NCBI GenBank assembly: GCA_038087875.1
Contig: CM075989.1
Span: 12,464,001 to 12,528,000, forward strand
Direction: 5' to 3'
DNA from: Malacoraja senta
Taxonomy: Eukaryota
DNA length: 64,000 nt
A program made the position numbers and the translations under genes. Within the stretch, counting starts at the first letter, position 1; each line of letters starts with the position of its first letter. Positions 1-13,736 of this stretch are shown here, piece after piece. The notes below the pieces were generated by a model. The model had not been told where the DNA came from and searched no databases. It was given only the letters and a program-made list of their open reading frames with translations.

Positions 1-622
1 GGGCCGGTCCCACTGAGAAGCGCAGAGAGGTATGTAGTTGTGCGCGACAGCGCGCGGGGCTCCGAAATTTTTGTAGCGAACGAAATCTTCGCGTGCCAAC
101 GGCCTGTCGCGGAACTGACGGCCAAGACCCAAGACCACTGACGGCCAAGGCCCAAGACCCTGGTACGACGCAACGTCTCACCTCTAACAGCAGCAGAAGC
201 AGGCAAACGATCGCCGAACTCGGCCTGGGGTTCACGGCCGTTGCGGTCCGGATCCGCCCCCCACTTCTACTCCCAGAGCGGGGCCAAGAAAATTGAAGAT
301 AGACACAAAATGCTGGAGTAACTCAGCGGGACCGGCAGCATCTCTGGAGAGAAGGAATGGATGATGTTCCGGGTCAAGACCCTTCTTTCAGACTGAAGAA
401 GGGTCTCGACCCGAAACATCACCCATTGCTTCTCTCCAGAGATGCTGCCGGTCCCGCTGAGTTACTCCGGCATTTTGCGTCCACCTTCAAATGACGTCAC
501 GCGCTCCAGACGGCTGTGCGCACGCATGAAATCGCGTGCGACCTTCGCGGGACCGTCGCGGCTCAACGCGACCACGAGGTCGCGTAATTTGCATGCTAAG
601 GACACGTAAGTGGGACAGGCCC
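1..622. mobile_element. Non-autonomous TIR DNA transposon (MITE), PIF/Harbinger-like or TTAA-type
   Basis: Left end gggccggtcccact (1-14) is the inverted match of right end agtgggacaggccc (609-622), followed by ttaa. Body is CpG-rich. Same TIR motif as the elements at 5012 and 37891. Left flank lies outside the window. Confidence 0.7.
293..490. mobile_element. Penelope-like pLTR fold-back palindrome nested in the MITE
   Basis: ~99-bp arms (ttgaagatagacacaaaatgctggag... / ...cattttgcgtccaccttcaa) centred on tcagactga. Contains ctgaaga-a-gggtctcgaccc-gaaac-atc. Confidence 0.8.
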
Positions 623-969
623 TTAACTTAAGAGTGTGGTGCTTGAGTTGACAGTGTTGGTCTCAATTTGGTGATTGAAGTCTTGGTGTGCCTGCTCTGC
701 ACATTTCTAGTGGATGTATCTATTTTGGTGGTTGCAGTGGCTCTTAATAAATTGTCTGTGTTTTCATTGCAGATCTATGCAGACTCAAGTCAATGCCCAC
801 ATTATCTAAGCAGTGGTGCAAATTTATGGCCTTATTTTTCTGAATTTATTTAAAGCTGAATTTACAAATGCCAACTGCAGTGGTTGGATTTTCATGGATT
901 ATGATTAGCCAACAGAAAGAGAAATTTAGTAATTCAGCAGAGGGCAAAAGATTCCAGCATGATGTGAAA

Positions 970-1135
970 TCATGATGAGGAGCTCGGGCTCCTCCTCCGC
1001 CTTTTTTCCTTTTTCCTTTCTTCTCCCCACCCCCTATCAGTCTGAAGAAGGGTTTCGGCCTGAAACATTGCCTATATCCTTCGCTCCATAGATGCTGCTG
1101 CACCCGCTGAGTTTCTCCAGCATTTTTGTGTACCT
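970..1135 (+). mobile_element. 5'-truncated Penelope-like element 3' end (pLTR)
   Basis: Near-identical to 56239-56385, which follows a GIY-YIG ORF. Flanked by 11-bp TSD atgatgtgaaa (959-969 / 1136-1146). Confidence 0.8.
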
Positions 1136-2069
1136 ATGATGTGAAACATGTTTGATATATTAACAGCAATCGATAATACTATTGATGTAAGATTTGAGAA
1201 TTTACAGTGACACCAGTGAACAAGATGTTTTGTTCATTGTACTTGCAATTAGTCCTTGAATTTTATAATTGCATAATTATTTCTGTTCAAATGTCCTTAA
1301 TATTTAAGAAACATTTAGATAGGGTAGATAGGGTAGGTTTAGAGGGATATGGGTCAAATGCGGGCATGGGTGGGACTAGTATAGATGGGACAAATTGGTC
1401 GGTGTGGGCAAGTTGGGCCGAAGGCAGTATGACTCTATGACTTAATCTTTCCTAATATGAATGTTGCTTATTTTGAGTACAGAATTTAAATTTTTTTAAA
1501 TTGTAACCTCAATTTATCTAAGGTACAATACCATCAAAATCTTAGAGCCATATAATTTAGTTCTGTAGAACTTGAAAAGATGACAAGTTTTAAGTGAGTT
1601 GTTTTTAAATTCTTCATGTTGACTTTTTCTGTGAAATAGCTTAACTAGCTGTTTGACCTTGGAAAAGCTAGAATAATTCATGATAATCAAATTACTACCG
1701 AGCTGGCATGGTTACAGTTTGCTATGTAGGTCATTTTTATTGCTAGCTTGAATGGAACTAATTTTAGCATTCTGCCAAGAATGCAAATATTATCAGATCA
1801 ATGCATCTGAACATAATTGTTCAATTAAGTCAATCAAACAAAACTAGTCTGCTTAAAAAAAGTGGCACACATGTCCACAAAGCTTAGAATATCATTAACT
1901 TAAAACACACCTATGGAAAACACTTGTACGCTGCAAAAATCAGGTAGGTTACATTTATGCAGTAATGTCTTGTTTTTGACAACACATAAAATCTATAAAT
2001 ACTTCATAATTGAAAAGCCAGGCGAGTCCGATGAGAAGGAGAACAAGGATAGATCCCTGATAGATCTTC

Positions 2070-2570
2070 CGCAAAAAAAAGTTCTGGAGGAACTCAGTGG
2101 GCCAGGCTACATCTGTGGAGGGATGGACAGATGACATTTTGGGACGGGATATTTCTTCAGACTGGAACACCTTCAACTACAGGACTTCCAAGATTCCTCT
2201 TGCTTAAGTAAACGTGGTTTCCGTCCCCAGTGTTGTGAATGGGGACCTCATCTGTGTCCTATCCATGTCCCACAGTTCTGCTCCCACTCCCCTTCCCCCC
2301 CAGACAAAACATGGATCGAGTTCACCTAGTCCTCACCTTTCACTCTACCAGCCTCTGTGTTCACCACATCATTCTCTGACATTTCCGCCACTTTCAACGT
2401 GATCCAACCATCAGTCACATCTCCCTGTCCCCACCCTTTCCATGCTGTGAAGGGTCATAACCCGAAGTGTTGTCTGTCTATTACCTCCACAGATGATGCC
2501 TGACCTGCTGAGTTCCCCCAGCTCTTTGTGTTTGCTCAAGATTCCAGCATCTGCAGTTTCTTGTGTCTCC
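2070..2570. mobile_element. Degenerate Penelope-like fragment with inverted pLTR at the 5' side
   Basis: ctggaggaactcag...gcatct-type pLTR motif in inverted orientation at ~2083-2160 and direct at ~2445-2570, around a degenerate coding segment. Confidence 0.55.
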
Positions 2571-2929
2571 TTGATCGAACTGATGGCAAGACAAATATAG
2601 TAGCTATGGTAGCAAAATCAAATTAGTGAAAGTGGGACCAAGTGAATTCTATTGAACTACACTGTGACTGATAGACGAGAGAAGATCTGTATTACATGCT
2701 ACAGGGGACTGTAGTCGTAAATAAATTTGATTGAAAGAAATAGACATGTCTGTAGGAAAGAAGGATGTAAATTTGCACAGCAACAATATCTGATGCTAAC
2801 TTTGGACAGGAAAAGGAGGTTAGTGCAGAGGTGATATTTCTATGGACAGAGAGTTTTATGTAGAAATTGGAACAGTACAACAGGCCTTTTGACACATCAT
2901 CTGTACTGACTATTATGGCAAATTAAATA

Positions 2930-3860
2930 ATCCCTTCTGCCGGCACATGGTCCATAATCGCTCATTCCCGGCATGAAGAAAATTTACCACAAAAATCCCC
3001 TTGAACCTTTCCCACTCTCGCCTTAAAGTCATGCCATCTAGTATTTGACTTTTCTACTCTGTGAGAAAGATTCCTGACTATGTACCCTATATTTGCCTCT
3101 CATCATTTTATATACTACTCTAATCCAGGCAACATACTGGTGATCGTCTTCTCCACCCTCTCCAAAGCCACCATGTCCTTCCTGTAACGTAGCAACCTGA
3201 ACTCCAAATTTGGGTTAACCAAAGGTTTTATATGACTGCAACATGACCTCCTAACTTTTAAACTCAATGCCCCAATCGATGAAGGCATGCCATACACTTT
3301 CTTTACCATCCTATCTACTTATGTGGCCACTTTTAGGCAGCTATGGTATTGCACCCCAAGATCCGTCTGCACATCAATATACCTAAGGGTTCTACCATTT
3401 ACTGTATACTTTCTCTTTACATTTGATCTCCCCGAAGTGTAACAACATACTTTCCGGATTAAACCATCTGCCATTTCTCTGCCCTTATTTCCAACTGCTC
3501 TATAACCTCCTTTTCACAATCCACTATTCCATATATTTTTGAGTCAACTGCAAACTTACCTGTCAGCCCATTTGTCTTTTCTCCAAATCACATCCCCCCC
3601 CCCCCCCCCCCCCACCATCTACTTTCTGTCTTCTATGGCCAAACCAATTTTGCATTCAATCTATTAAATTGTCTTATGGCCTATTAATCTTCTGGATCAC
3701 CCTAGCATGAGGGACTTTGTCAAATGTCTTACTGCAGTCCATGTAGAGATCATCCACTGCCCTTCCCTCATAACCATTGTTGTCAATGTCTCAAAAAACC
3801 TCAATAAAGTAAGTAACCCATGACCTGCCTTGCACAAAGCCAAGCTGCCCAACCCTAATA
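2930..3860 (-). mobile_element. Decayed CR1 LINE 3' fragment
   Basis: ORFs 3115-3309 (YRKDMVALERV...MLPGLE) and 3697-4050 (partly) resemble the C-terminal RT region of the CR1 ORF2 at 47987. Confidence 0.7.
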
Positions 3861-4054
3861 GGCGCAAATAATGTGTAGGAAGGAACTGCAGATGCCAGTT
3901 TACACCAAAAATAGACACAAAATGCTGGAGTAACTCAGCCGGACAGGCAGCATCTCTGGAGAGAAGAAATGGGTGGCGTTTGGGTCGAGACCCAAGGCTC
4001 CTATGACCTATTAAGAGGGAGTAACAAATTGAAACTAGCGATAGAGTCATACAG

Positions 4055-5010
4055 CAAGACTTAAAGTAGTTTAAGTGTCACATTACCGACAACAGAACAT
4101 TGAAATTCTTACCTGCAGCAGCTTAACAGGCCTGAAAAGGAAATATACACAGATAAATATAATAATAATCTTGTAAAATTCAGTAACAATAATCACAATA
4201 CGTGCAAAAAACCTATGTCCATAGTGCAATCAAAGACATATTCCATAGAAGTTTATAGTTACTGAGGTTGGTATTATGTAGTGTTCAGAGCCTGATGGTT
4301 GTTGGGAAGAAGCTATTCTTGAACTTGTTGGTCACGATTTTCAGGTGTCTATACCACCACTCATTGATGGTAGGATCTTTAATAAGGTTGTTTGGGGGTG
4401 ATGCCTTGCAGTCGCTTGGTTTTGCCATATAGGAAGTGATGACATGCAAGCCCTGCCACAGCTGACAAACGTCCATTTCATCCTCCGTTTAGAGAAAAAG
4501 GTTGTCTTGCGTTTCTGATGGCCTTATCGAGGTCATACCTGGACTTCCCACGTGAATCTGTATTCCCAGACTTCGATGCCTGAGATCCAGTCTTCAATAG
4601 ACAATGGACGTCTTGGTTCATCCAAGGCTTCTGGTTAGGGAACACTCAGATGGTCTTGGTAGAAACACATTCCTCTACACTTTACCTAATGAAGTCAGTA
4701 ACAACCGTTGCATATTCTTTGGTGGGTCCTTGAACATTGCCATGTTGACCACCTCCATGCTATTGTGAAGTCGTTCCTCTGCCTCCCCTGGCAAGCTCTG
4801 TGTAATTCTGCCTGCTGGAGCTGCACACTTCAGTTGGTGCCTGTACACAGGAAGAAGGAACACAACCAGGTGGTCTGATTTTCCAAAGCGGGGGCGACGG
4901 GTGGAGCCATTAGCTTCTTTGGTGGTGAAGTAACAATGGTCCAAAGTATTTGGTCCTTTGTTGCTGGAGGCCCTTTGGTCTGGACTTGTCCATGCTGACT
5001 GTGATGCCTG
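4055..5010 (-). mobile_element. Rex1/Babar-clade LINE fragment, internally deleted
   Basis: DHCY...FGKSDHLVVFLLPVYRHQLK (endonuclease C-terminus) and the terminal motif TNKFKNSFFPTTIRL, which is shared with the copy at 59690-60950. Confidence 0.65.
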
Positions 5011-5011
5011 C

Positions 5012-5525
5012 TCTGTCCCACGGGTTTGCGATCATTGGCGGTGAAGCGCGGCGTCGCCGGAAGAGGGGACCGCACGGCAACCACGAGAGCGCCGCACGGA
5101 TGCTGCGCGGGGGCCGAGTGATCTCCGTACGGCTGGTTCCACGAGCTTGCGGCGTCGGGTGATGACGTCATCGCGCAACGCGATGCGCTACGCGATGACG
5201 TCTTTCGGATCGCGGGGCTGTGGCGCCGGCCGTGCCGCACACGTGCCTCACTGCCGGTGGCTGTGGCGGTGAAAGTTTGACTCACGGCGCTCGTGCCGCA
5301 CTGGCGGCGGCTGTGGCGGTGACCGTGCCGCACTCGTGCCTCACTGACGGCGGCTGTGCGGTAGGAAAATATTTTTAGTCATTGTTGACTTTTTGTGAGC
5401 ACCGTGCAGTATTGGGACCAACGCCGCACGGCCCCGGCAGTGTGCGTTTGACCGAACCGGCGGTCCACGAGCGGTAGATACTTCCTGTTTCACCACTAAT
5501 GACCGCAGACTCGTGAGACAGGCCT
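5012..5525. mobile_element. CpG-rich MITE, same TIR class as 1-622
   Basis: ~33-bp TIRs: ctgtcccacgggtttgcgatcattggcggtgaa vs reverse complement of ttcaccactaatgaccgcagactcgtgagacag. Right end ggcctttaaa. Left tip abuts the LINE fragment. Confidence 0.7.
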
Positions 5526-5904
5526 TTAAATATGTTATGCCATTTCACAACGTTATGCCAAAATCATTCCTCACACACTTTGATACAAAGTTGCAAGACA
5601 GGAACACTGGCAGCAACACTCTGAACTTTTCAGCTCCATGGCATCTCACAGCAAGTGCACCTGACATTTGCAACAATGTTGCCATCATAGCTCCTGGCAG
5701 GACAGGAGGGGGAGGGTCAATTGGTATTGCAATTGGGGATTGGGATTTTATTTTTTAACTCCAGTGCTGGATGAGGCTCACGAGCTATGATCTTTGCTGA
5801 GGAGTGGTCGAATCTTACCTTCAGCAACGGGTTGAGTTGGAGGACCACGCCTCCTGTGGGGCTACAGGTAGGGGATGGGTGCGTTGGGGGAGCAGACCCA
5901 ACGG

Positions 5905-6670
5905 GTCTGCACTTGGTCTTATGTCCTCTAATTTTAGGCTTCCCTATCCTTGGAAAAAAAGTCTGTAACTATCTATCCTAAGTATGCCCTTCATTATTTT
6001 ATAAACCTCTATAAGGTCACCTGTTATGGTCCTGCACTCCAGAACATTCAGTGCCTATCCAATCTCTTTTTGTAACTAAGCCTTTCCATTCCAAGCAACA
6101 TTCAGTAAAATCTCTCTTTCACCTTTTCTGAAGGCACTACATCTTTTTTATCGTGCGCTGACCAGAACTGCACATGGTATTCCAAGTGTAGCCTTACTAA
6201 TGTCATGTGCATCTGCAACATGATATCATAACTATTATACTAAATATCCCTGCCTTTGAAGGACAGCAAGCCAAACACTTTCTTCAGTAAGCTATGTTGC
6301 CCCCTGTTGCCATTTTCAGGGAGCTATGAACTTGCACCTGAAGTTCCTCTGTACATCAATGCTTCTAATGTCCCTGCCATTTACTGTATATGTAAGGCCA
6401 GCATTAGACAACCTAAAATGTATTACTTCACACTTACCTCAATTAAATCCCATCTGTTGCTGTTCCATCCAGCTGATCTATATCCTTCTGAACCTTCAGG
6501 CAACTTTCTTCATTATCTATAACTCCACCATTGTTTGTGTTGTTACCACAGCCATTCCCATCCAAATTATTTACATAAATCACACAAAAAAACAGCAGAC
6601 CCAGAATGTATCCCTGTGGTGCTCTACTGGTTATATATTTCCAGGCAGAAAAACAACCATCCACCTCTAC
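5905..6670 (-). mobile_element. Decayed CR1 RT fragment
   Basis: ORF 6443-6685 APQGYILGLLFFCVIYVNNLD corresponds to the CR1 GVPQGSVLGPxLFxIYINDLD motif. Confidence 0.7.
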
Positions 6671-6689
6671 TTTATTATTATGCAATAAT

Positions 6690-8900
6690 AGTGTTAGGGA
6701 AACTGATGGAATTAAAAACTAACAAATCTCCAGTGCCTGACAGTTTGTATCCAAGGTACATAAAAATGCTGGAGAAACTCAGCGGGTGCAGCAGCATCTA
6801 TGGAGCGAAGGAAATAGTCAACGTATCAGGCCGAAACGTTGCCTATTTCCTTCGATTTTCCAGCATCTGCAGTTCCTTCTTGAACATTTTGTATCCAAGA
6901 ATACTTAAGGAAGTGGCCCAGAAAAAGTGGATATATTGGTGGTCATTGTTCAACATTGGTATCGGCATTGGTTTATTATTGTTACCCATGTACCAAGATA
7001 CAGGGATTTAAGAAAAAAATGCAATACAGGTAGGTCATCCAAATGTGAATACAATCAAATCATGCCGTATAAAGTGTTACAGCTATAGCGAAAGTGTAGA
7101 TAAAAAGAAAGAGATTGCAAGGACCGCAATTAGGTAGAATTGGGGAATTGGGAATACAGCCTAATATCCATTCGCTTTGAACATTCTTTAGATTTTGAAA
7201 GAGTTCCAGTGGATTGGTGGTTATACTAATCTAAGATAGATAGAGAGAAAACAAGGAATTATAGACAGGTTAGCCTGACATCAATGAAAATGTTAGAATT
7301 CATTGTGAGAGATGGAAGGTTACATTACCTGGGATTCAGGGAGAGCTAGCTAATTGGATACATATTTGGCTTAATGACAGGAAGCGGAACGTGATGGTGG
7401 AAGGTTAGATGACTTGGTATTTTATTGGATACATATTTTGCTTGTTGCAGGAAGTAGAAGGTAATGGTGGAAGCTTGTTTTTTTTACAAAAAGCCCAAGA
7501 CAATTTGTGTGCCTCAGTGTTTGGTGCCGGGCCCATTGTTGTTTGTCATCTATATAATTTTGCAGATTTTACTAAAATCGTAGACTGTTGGGAAAGATTA
7601 TCAATTTATTGCAATGGGATCTTGATCTGAGGAATGGCAAATGGAGTTGAATTCAGATTGAAGTACAAGCTATTGTAATTTGGGATGCCAAAGTACGTTA
7701 GGACTTTTACAATGAATGGTGTGGTCTAGGGAGAGTTTTAAAACAGAGGAACCTAGGTGTACAAGTACATAATTCTCAGAAAGTGGACAGGGTGGAGAAG
7801 AAAGCTTTTGTCCTCTGTCCTTTATCAGTAAGGGTATTGAATATAAAAGTTGTGACTTATGCTGCAATTGTACAAGACATTGGTGAAGTTGCACTTGGAG
7901 AATTGTGTTCAGTTTTGCTCACCCAGCTATAGGAAAGATGCCATTAAGTTGAAAAGAGTGCAGAAAAGAATTAAGAGGATGTTACAAAGACTCAAGGGAC
8001 TGAGTTATAGGGCAAGATTGGGCAGGCTATGACTTTATTCCGTGGAGCATAGCACACTGAGGGATGAACTTATAGAGGTGTATAAAATCATTACAGACAA
8101 AGATAAGATGAATGTACACTGTAAAATGATGAGGAAATAGATAGGGTGAATGCACAATCTGTTTCCCGGGTTAGTATATCAAGAACTAGAGGGCATAGAT
8201 TTAAGGTGAGAGAGGAAAGATTTAATTTTTTCACACAGAGGATGGTATATATATGGAACGAGCTGCCAGGGGAAATAGTTGAGGCAAGTATTGCAACATT
8301 TAAAACATTTAAAACATGTTGGGACAGGCACGGATGGGAAAGGTTTGGAAGTGTATGGGACAACACGGGCAAATAGGACTCGTATACATGGGTATCTCGA
8401 CCAGCATAGACGAGTTGGGCTGAAGGGCCTGTCTGAAGGATCTATGACTCAATGTAAAGCAGAACGCTTGGTAACAGGATTAGAATGTGTCAGCATAGAT
8501 TCATGAAAGGAAATTGGGCTTGACAAGTCAACTGCAATTCTTACAGGATGTAGCTCGCAGAATAGATGACAGAGAACCAGTGGATGTGTTGCATTTGGAT
8601 TTTCCGAAAGCTTTTTATAAGGTTCACATGAGATTAATTCATAAAATTAAAACAAAGGGTTTGGGGTAATGTGTTGATAGGGAGAACTGGTTAGCTGGCA
8701 GGAAACAGAATGGGATAAATAGATTTTTTTCTGAACTGCAGGAAGTGCCCAATGGGCTACCACATGGATTAGTATTAGGGCAGATATGATTCGTGGTTTA
8801 AATGTAAGAATTAGCTGTAATTTCTCCAATTTGCAGATGACACAAAGCTGAGTGGGAAGGTGATTATTAAGGAGGATGCAGAGCAGCTCCAGGTTGAAGA
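6690..8900 (+). mobile_element. Cluster of decayed CR1 fragments
   Basis: KSPVPDSLYPR (=KSPGPDGLHPR); SRTRGHRFKV...FFTQRMVYIWNELP (CR1 C-terminus); ttgcagatgacacaaagctg (FADDTKL) at ~8831. Confidence 0.7.
6756..6887. mobile_element. Short inverted Penelope pLTR insertion into CR1
   Basis: 12-bp TSD tttgtatccaag (6744-6755 / 6888-6899) interrupting the CR1 'LYPR' codons. Confidence 0.8.
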
Positions 8901-9249
8901 CATAAGACTGCAGATACTGGAATTATGAGCAAAAAACAAACTGTTGGAGGAACTCCATGGGTCAGGCAGCATCTGTAAAGGAAAATGGACAGACAACATT
9001 TTGGGTTGGGATTCTTCTTCAGTGAGAGACTAAGGGGGGGGGGGGGGGGGAAAGAAAGCTCAAAAAGAAAGATTTGGATGGAATAAAGCCTGGAAACAAT
9101 AGGTGGATACAGGTGAGGGGGCCTGAAAAACAAAATGTAACAGTGATTTTTATGTAACTTTTATTTTTGTAATTATAATAAAAATCTTTATTATGTGAGA
9201 CAACTAAATTTCAGTTTCATGTTGTTTAAAAATATGTTAATATTAATAA

Positions 9250-9372
<123 letters not shown>

Positions 9373-9429
9373 TGAGAATACCAATGAGTAACTTGCACAA
9401 ATTATTTATTTTGAAATGTAGTCACATTA

Positions 9430-11235
9430 TTGCAGAATTTGCACTGTATTTGCTATACGTATACCAATTTGAATACTGTTGGGGAGAGATTGATAGTCTC
9501 TCAGGGGAAAGCTATAGCAGCAGCACAACAGTGGGGCCACAATTGGCTCTGTTGTACACCAGGGATGGTTAAAGTCTTGGCAAGCAGTAGTGATAGGGGA
9601 TGCGAAAGTCAGGAGTACAGGTAGGTGTTTCTGTGACCATGAGTCTGACTCCAGGATGATATGTTGCTTCCCAAGTGCCTATATTAAGAGCTGCTACAAG
9701 ACATTCTGACAGAAGAGGGTGAGCAGCCAGAGGTCATGGTCCATATTGGTACTAACAATATAGGCAGGAAGAGAGATGTGCTTCTGTAAAGTGAATATTA
9801 AGAGACAGACAGAAGGTTAAAAAATGGGATCTCAATAGTTCTAAAGGTAGTAACAGGAGGATAGGACAAATGGCTAGAATGACTGAAGGCCCAGTGCAGG
9901 CAGAAGGACTTCAGCTATTTAGACCATTGGGATCTCTCTGGGGCAGAGGTGCCTTGCACACGGAATAGGAGAGGGATCAATATTCTTGCAATAAGTAGCT
10001 AATGCTACTTGTGCACACTTGAACTGGTCTGGGTGCAAGCTCGGACACAATGTAGTAATGTATCAGATGAAAAATATGAAGCAAAAAATGAAGGTTAGAG
10101 TTATTAAGTCGAATAGGCAGGTCGGGAAAGGGCAGGCCAGGGGGCGTGCAAGGCCTGATAGAGTAAAGTGCATTTACTTTAAAGTAAGATGCCTCATGGG
10201 TAAGGAGTTAAACTTCAAGCATGGATTGTGATATTATAGCTATAATCGGAAACATGGTTGAGAAATGGGCAGGATTGGTAGCTAAATATTCTAGGGCATC
10301 AATGCTTACAATGTGATAGAGGTTAAGGTTAGAGAAGAGGGGCAGTTGCACTTCTGATTAAGGAGAATGTCGCAACAGAGATAAAGAGGATACTCTGAGG
10401 ATGGTGGGGGGGGGGGGGTATCTAGGGATGCCAAAAGGGTAGAATTTAGAAATAAAAAATGGTGATAACTTTGATGGGATTGGCTTCCAATAGTCAGCAG
10501 GAATTACAAAAGCAAATATGTAGGGATATTGCAGATTGGTGTGAGTATTATGTGGGTGTATTTGTGGGTGATTCTAACTTTCCTAATATTGACTGGAACT
10601 GCTTCAGTGCTAAGAGATTAGATGCGATAGAATTTGCTAAGTGAGTCCAAGAAAGTATTCTGAAGCAAAATATAAATGGCCCTACTAGAAAAGGAGCTAC
10701 CCTTGATCTCCTCTGAGGGTATGAGGCTGCATAAGTGGTTGGTGTGTGAGTGGAGGTTCACTTTGACAGCAGCGACTATAATTGTATTAATTTCAAGATA
10801 GTTAAGGAAACAGATAGGATTGGCCCTCAAGTTGAAGTCCTAAATTGGGGGAAGGCTAATTTCAATAGTATAGGGCCAAAACTCACGGAAGTTGATTACA
10901 GGAGGTTGTTTGCACAAAAAGGAACTTCTTCAGAATCAACATCTTTATGTTATAGTGAAAGACAAAATCAAGGAACCTTGGTTGATGAAGGATATTAAAG
11001 GTTGGAAAAAAGGAGGCATACAACAAGTATAGGGAGCCGGGATCAAGCAAATCCCATAAGGATGAAGAACACAGGAAGGAAATTAGGAGGGCAGAAAAGG
11101 GCCATGCGATTTCCCTGGGAGACATGATAAGGGAAATCCTAGAAGATTCCAGAGGAATTTTAAGAACAAAAGGGTAGCTCAGGAGAGAGAGTAGGTTCTC
11201 TTAAGGATCAATGTGTGGGACTACAGGAACAGAGG
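9430..11235 (+). mobile_element. Old CR1 5' half (esterase ORF1 and endonuclease remnants)
   Basis: Remnants AVVIGD...RMICCFP, HIGTNNIG, VGDSNFPNIDW and VLNWGKANF; many stops and frameshifts. Confidence 0.7.
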
Positions 11236-11236
11236 A

Positions 11237-12340
11237 AGACATGGACATGGATAGAAATTTGGTTAGCAGACAGGAAACAAAGAGTAGGAATTAACGGGTC
11301 CCTTTCAGAATGGCAGGCAGTGACTAGTGGGGTGCCTCAAGGCTCGGTGCTGGGACCGCAGCTATTTACAATATATATTAATGATTTAGATGAAGGAATT
11401 AAAAGTAACATTAGCAAATTTGCAGATGACACAAAGCTGGGTGGCACAGAGAACTGTGAAGAGGTTGCTATGAGGATGGTGGGTGACTTGGACAGGTTGG
11501 GTGAATGGGCAGATGCATGGCCGTGCCAGATAATGTGGATAAATGCAAGGTTATCCACTTTGGTGGTAAGAACAAGAAGGCAGATTATTATCTGAATGGT
11601 GTCAAATTAGGAAAAGGGGAAGTGCAACGAGACCTGGGTGTCCTTGTACATCAGTCACTGAAAGTAAGCATGCAGATACAGCAGGCAGTGAAGAAAGCTA
11701 ATGGCATGTTGGCCTTCATAACAAGAGGATTTGAGTATAGGAGCAAAGAGGTCCTTCTGCAGTCATACAGGGCCCTGGTGAGACCACACCTGGAGTATTG
11801 TGTGCAGTTTTGGTCTCCTAATTTGAGGAAGGGCATTCTTGCTATTGAGGGAGTGCAGCGTAGGTTCATGAGGTTAATTCCCGGGATGGCAGGACTGTCA
11901 TATGATAAAATAACTGGGCTTGTATTCACTAGAATTTAGAAGGATGAGAGGGTATCTTATAGAAACATATAAAATTATTAAGGGATTGGACAGGCTAGAT
12001 GCAGGAAACATGTTCCCGATGTTGGGGGAGTCCAGAACCAGAGCCACAGTTTAAGAATAAGGGGTAAGCCATTTAGAACTGAGATGAGGATAAACCTTTT
12101 CACCCAGAGAGTTGTGTATTTGTGGAAATCTCTGCCTCAGAAGGCAGTGGAGGCCGATTCACTGGATGCATTCAAAAGAGAGTTCGATAGAGCTCTTTGG
12201 GCTAGCGGAATCAAGGGATATGGGGAGAAGGCAGGAACGGGTTACTGATTGTGGATGATCAGCCATGAACACATTGAATGGCGGTGCTGGCGCAAAGGGC
12301 CGAATACATCCTCCTGCAACTATTTTTTATGTTTTCTATG
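11237..12340 (+). mobile_element. Younger 5'-truncated CR1 LINE (RT C-terminus to 3' tail)
   Basis: WLADRKQRVGING...GVPQGSVLGPQLFTIYINDLD...KFADDTKLGG; VRPHLEYCVQFWSP; tail ttttctatg. Confidence 0.9.
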
Positions 12341-13656
12341 TAACTGCAGATGCTGGTTCACACTGAAGATAGACACAAAATGCTGGAGTAACTCATCGGG
12401 TCAGGCAGCATCTCTGGACGTTTTGAGTCGAGACCATCTGAAGAAGGGATGCTACCTGACCAGCTGAGTTACTCCAACATTTTGTGTCTACTGTTTGTGA
12501 TTGGATCGGTTAGAACTGTAAAGGTTTGATTTAAATACATTGTGCTATAAAATTAGCTTTTCAACCCAAAAATATAAAATGATTCTTCTAATCGTTATAT
12601 AGTAATTATATTTTTTGTTTAACAATATTTATATTGAATGGTATTGTATTTTTCTATTTGTTGATTAAATTGTTTTAATGATTAACTTGTGAAAATAATT
12701 CAGAACTGGATAGTATAATTCAAGGGAGGCTTTTCACCTTCAGCGGTCTCTTTTCCCGTTGAAGCATCCGCCTTCTGTCTCTTGCCATACTGTAGGGTGA
12801 TCATATGGAATATAGTTTGGTTGCTTGTCCTGATAATTTATTTATGTTGACAGAACTCATTAACGTGAGATGATGTAATGAATGTGCTGCTTTGATTGCT
12901 TGCCTTAGGCAGACATAACTCTAACACTTTGTGAATAATGAAAGTTGTCTATACAGAGCTGTCAAAATTGTTCCTGGAAGTGACTACATATCATGAGAGT
13001 AAGGGGCAATGATTTGAAGGGGCAAATGCTTTCTCCTGCTTGTCTCAAATGCAATGGATAAGTGGGTGATATGTGAACGATGCATACATGCATTCTCTGT
13101 GGGCAGTACAATTTCTTTACCTTCATGTTTGCACATACTGTTGTGAAAAAGGCTTCGTTCACATAGTAAACAGTTCTTCTGGAGCAGATGCTGCCCCTTC
13201 TGATCCAGCTTTTTAACCCTTTGCCTTGCACCCTAAATTCACTTTGCAGGATCTCATCCGTATTCCTACATCTGCCATTAGTGTCAATGTGTACTAAGCC
13301 TGTTCCAGAGATGTCTGCAGGCCAAGAACTGGTGAATGGAGTTGGTATAGGTAGGTACTTTATGGTCAGCATAGACCAGGTGGGCTGAAGGGTTTCTTTC
13401 GAAGCTGTGTGATTTAATGACTCTGACAAATGACAGAAAGGTTACCGTTAGGATTTGATATGTACGTCAATCCAATGGCTGACTCAGATAAAGAGTACAG
13501 TCTTTGTCTGGAGGCATCAAAGCCATATGTGAAGAGGTGCAGAGGAAACTTACCCGCTTGTTCTACTGGCTAAGGGTTTGCAGTATGGTCAGAAGTATGG
13601 GATTGAAGAAAATGAAATTACAAGTAGAATGAAAGAAAAAATAATTTTAACACTTC

Positions 13657-13736
13657 ATGGAATCTATCACGGTATAAAATTAGTAATTTTACCACTATTG
13701 GTAAAAAGACTAATTTTATACCAAGGTAGATTCCAT
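13657..13736. repeat. 80-bp near-perfect inverted repeat (hairpin)
   Basis: atggaatctatcacggtataaaattagt-aa-ttttacca-ctat-tggtaaaa-ag-actaattttataccaaggtagattccat. Confidence 0.85.

Noticed and set aside
4830..5333. 167-aa GC-rich ORF
   Set aside because: It spans a MITE/LINE junction and is open because of high GC content; no domain motifs.
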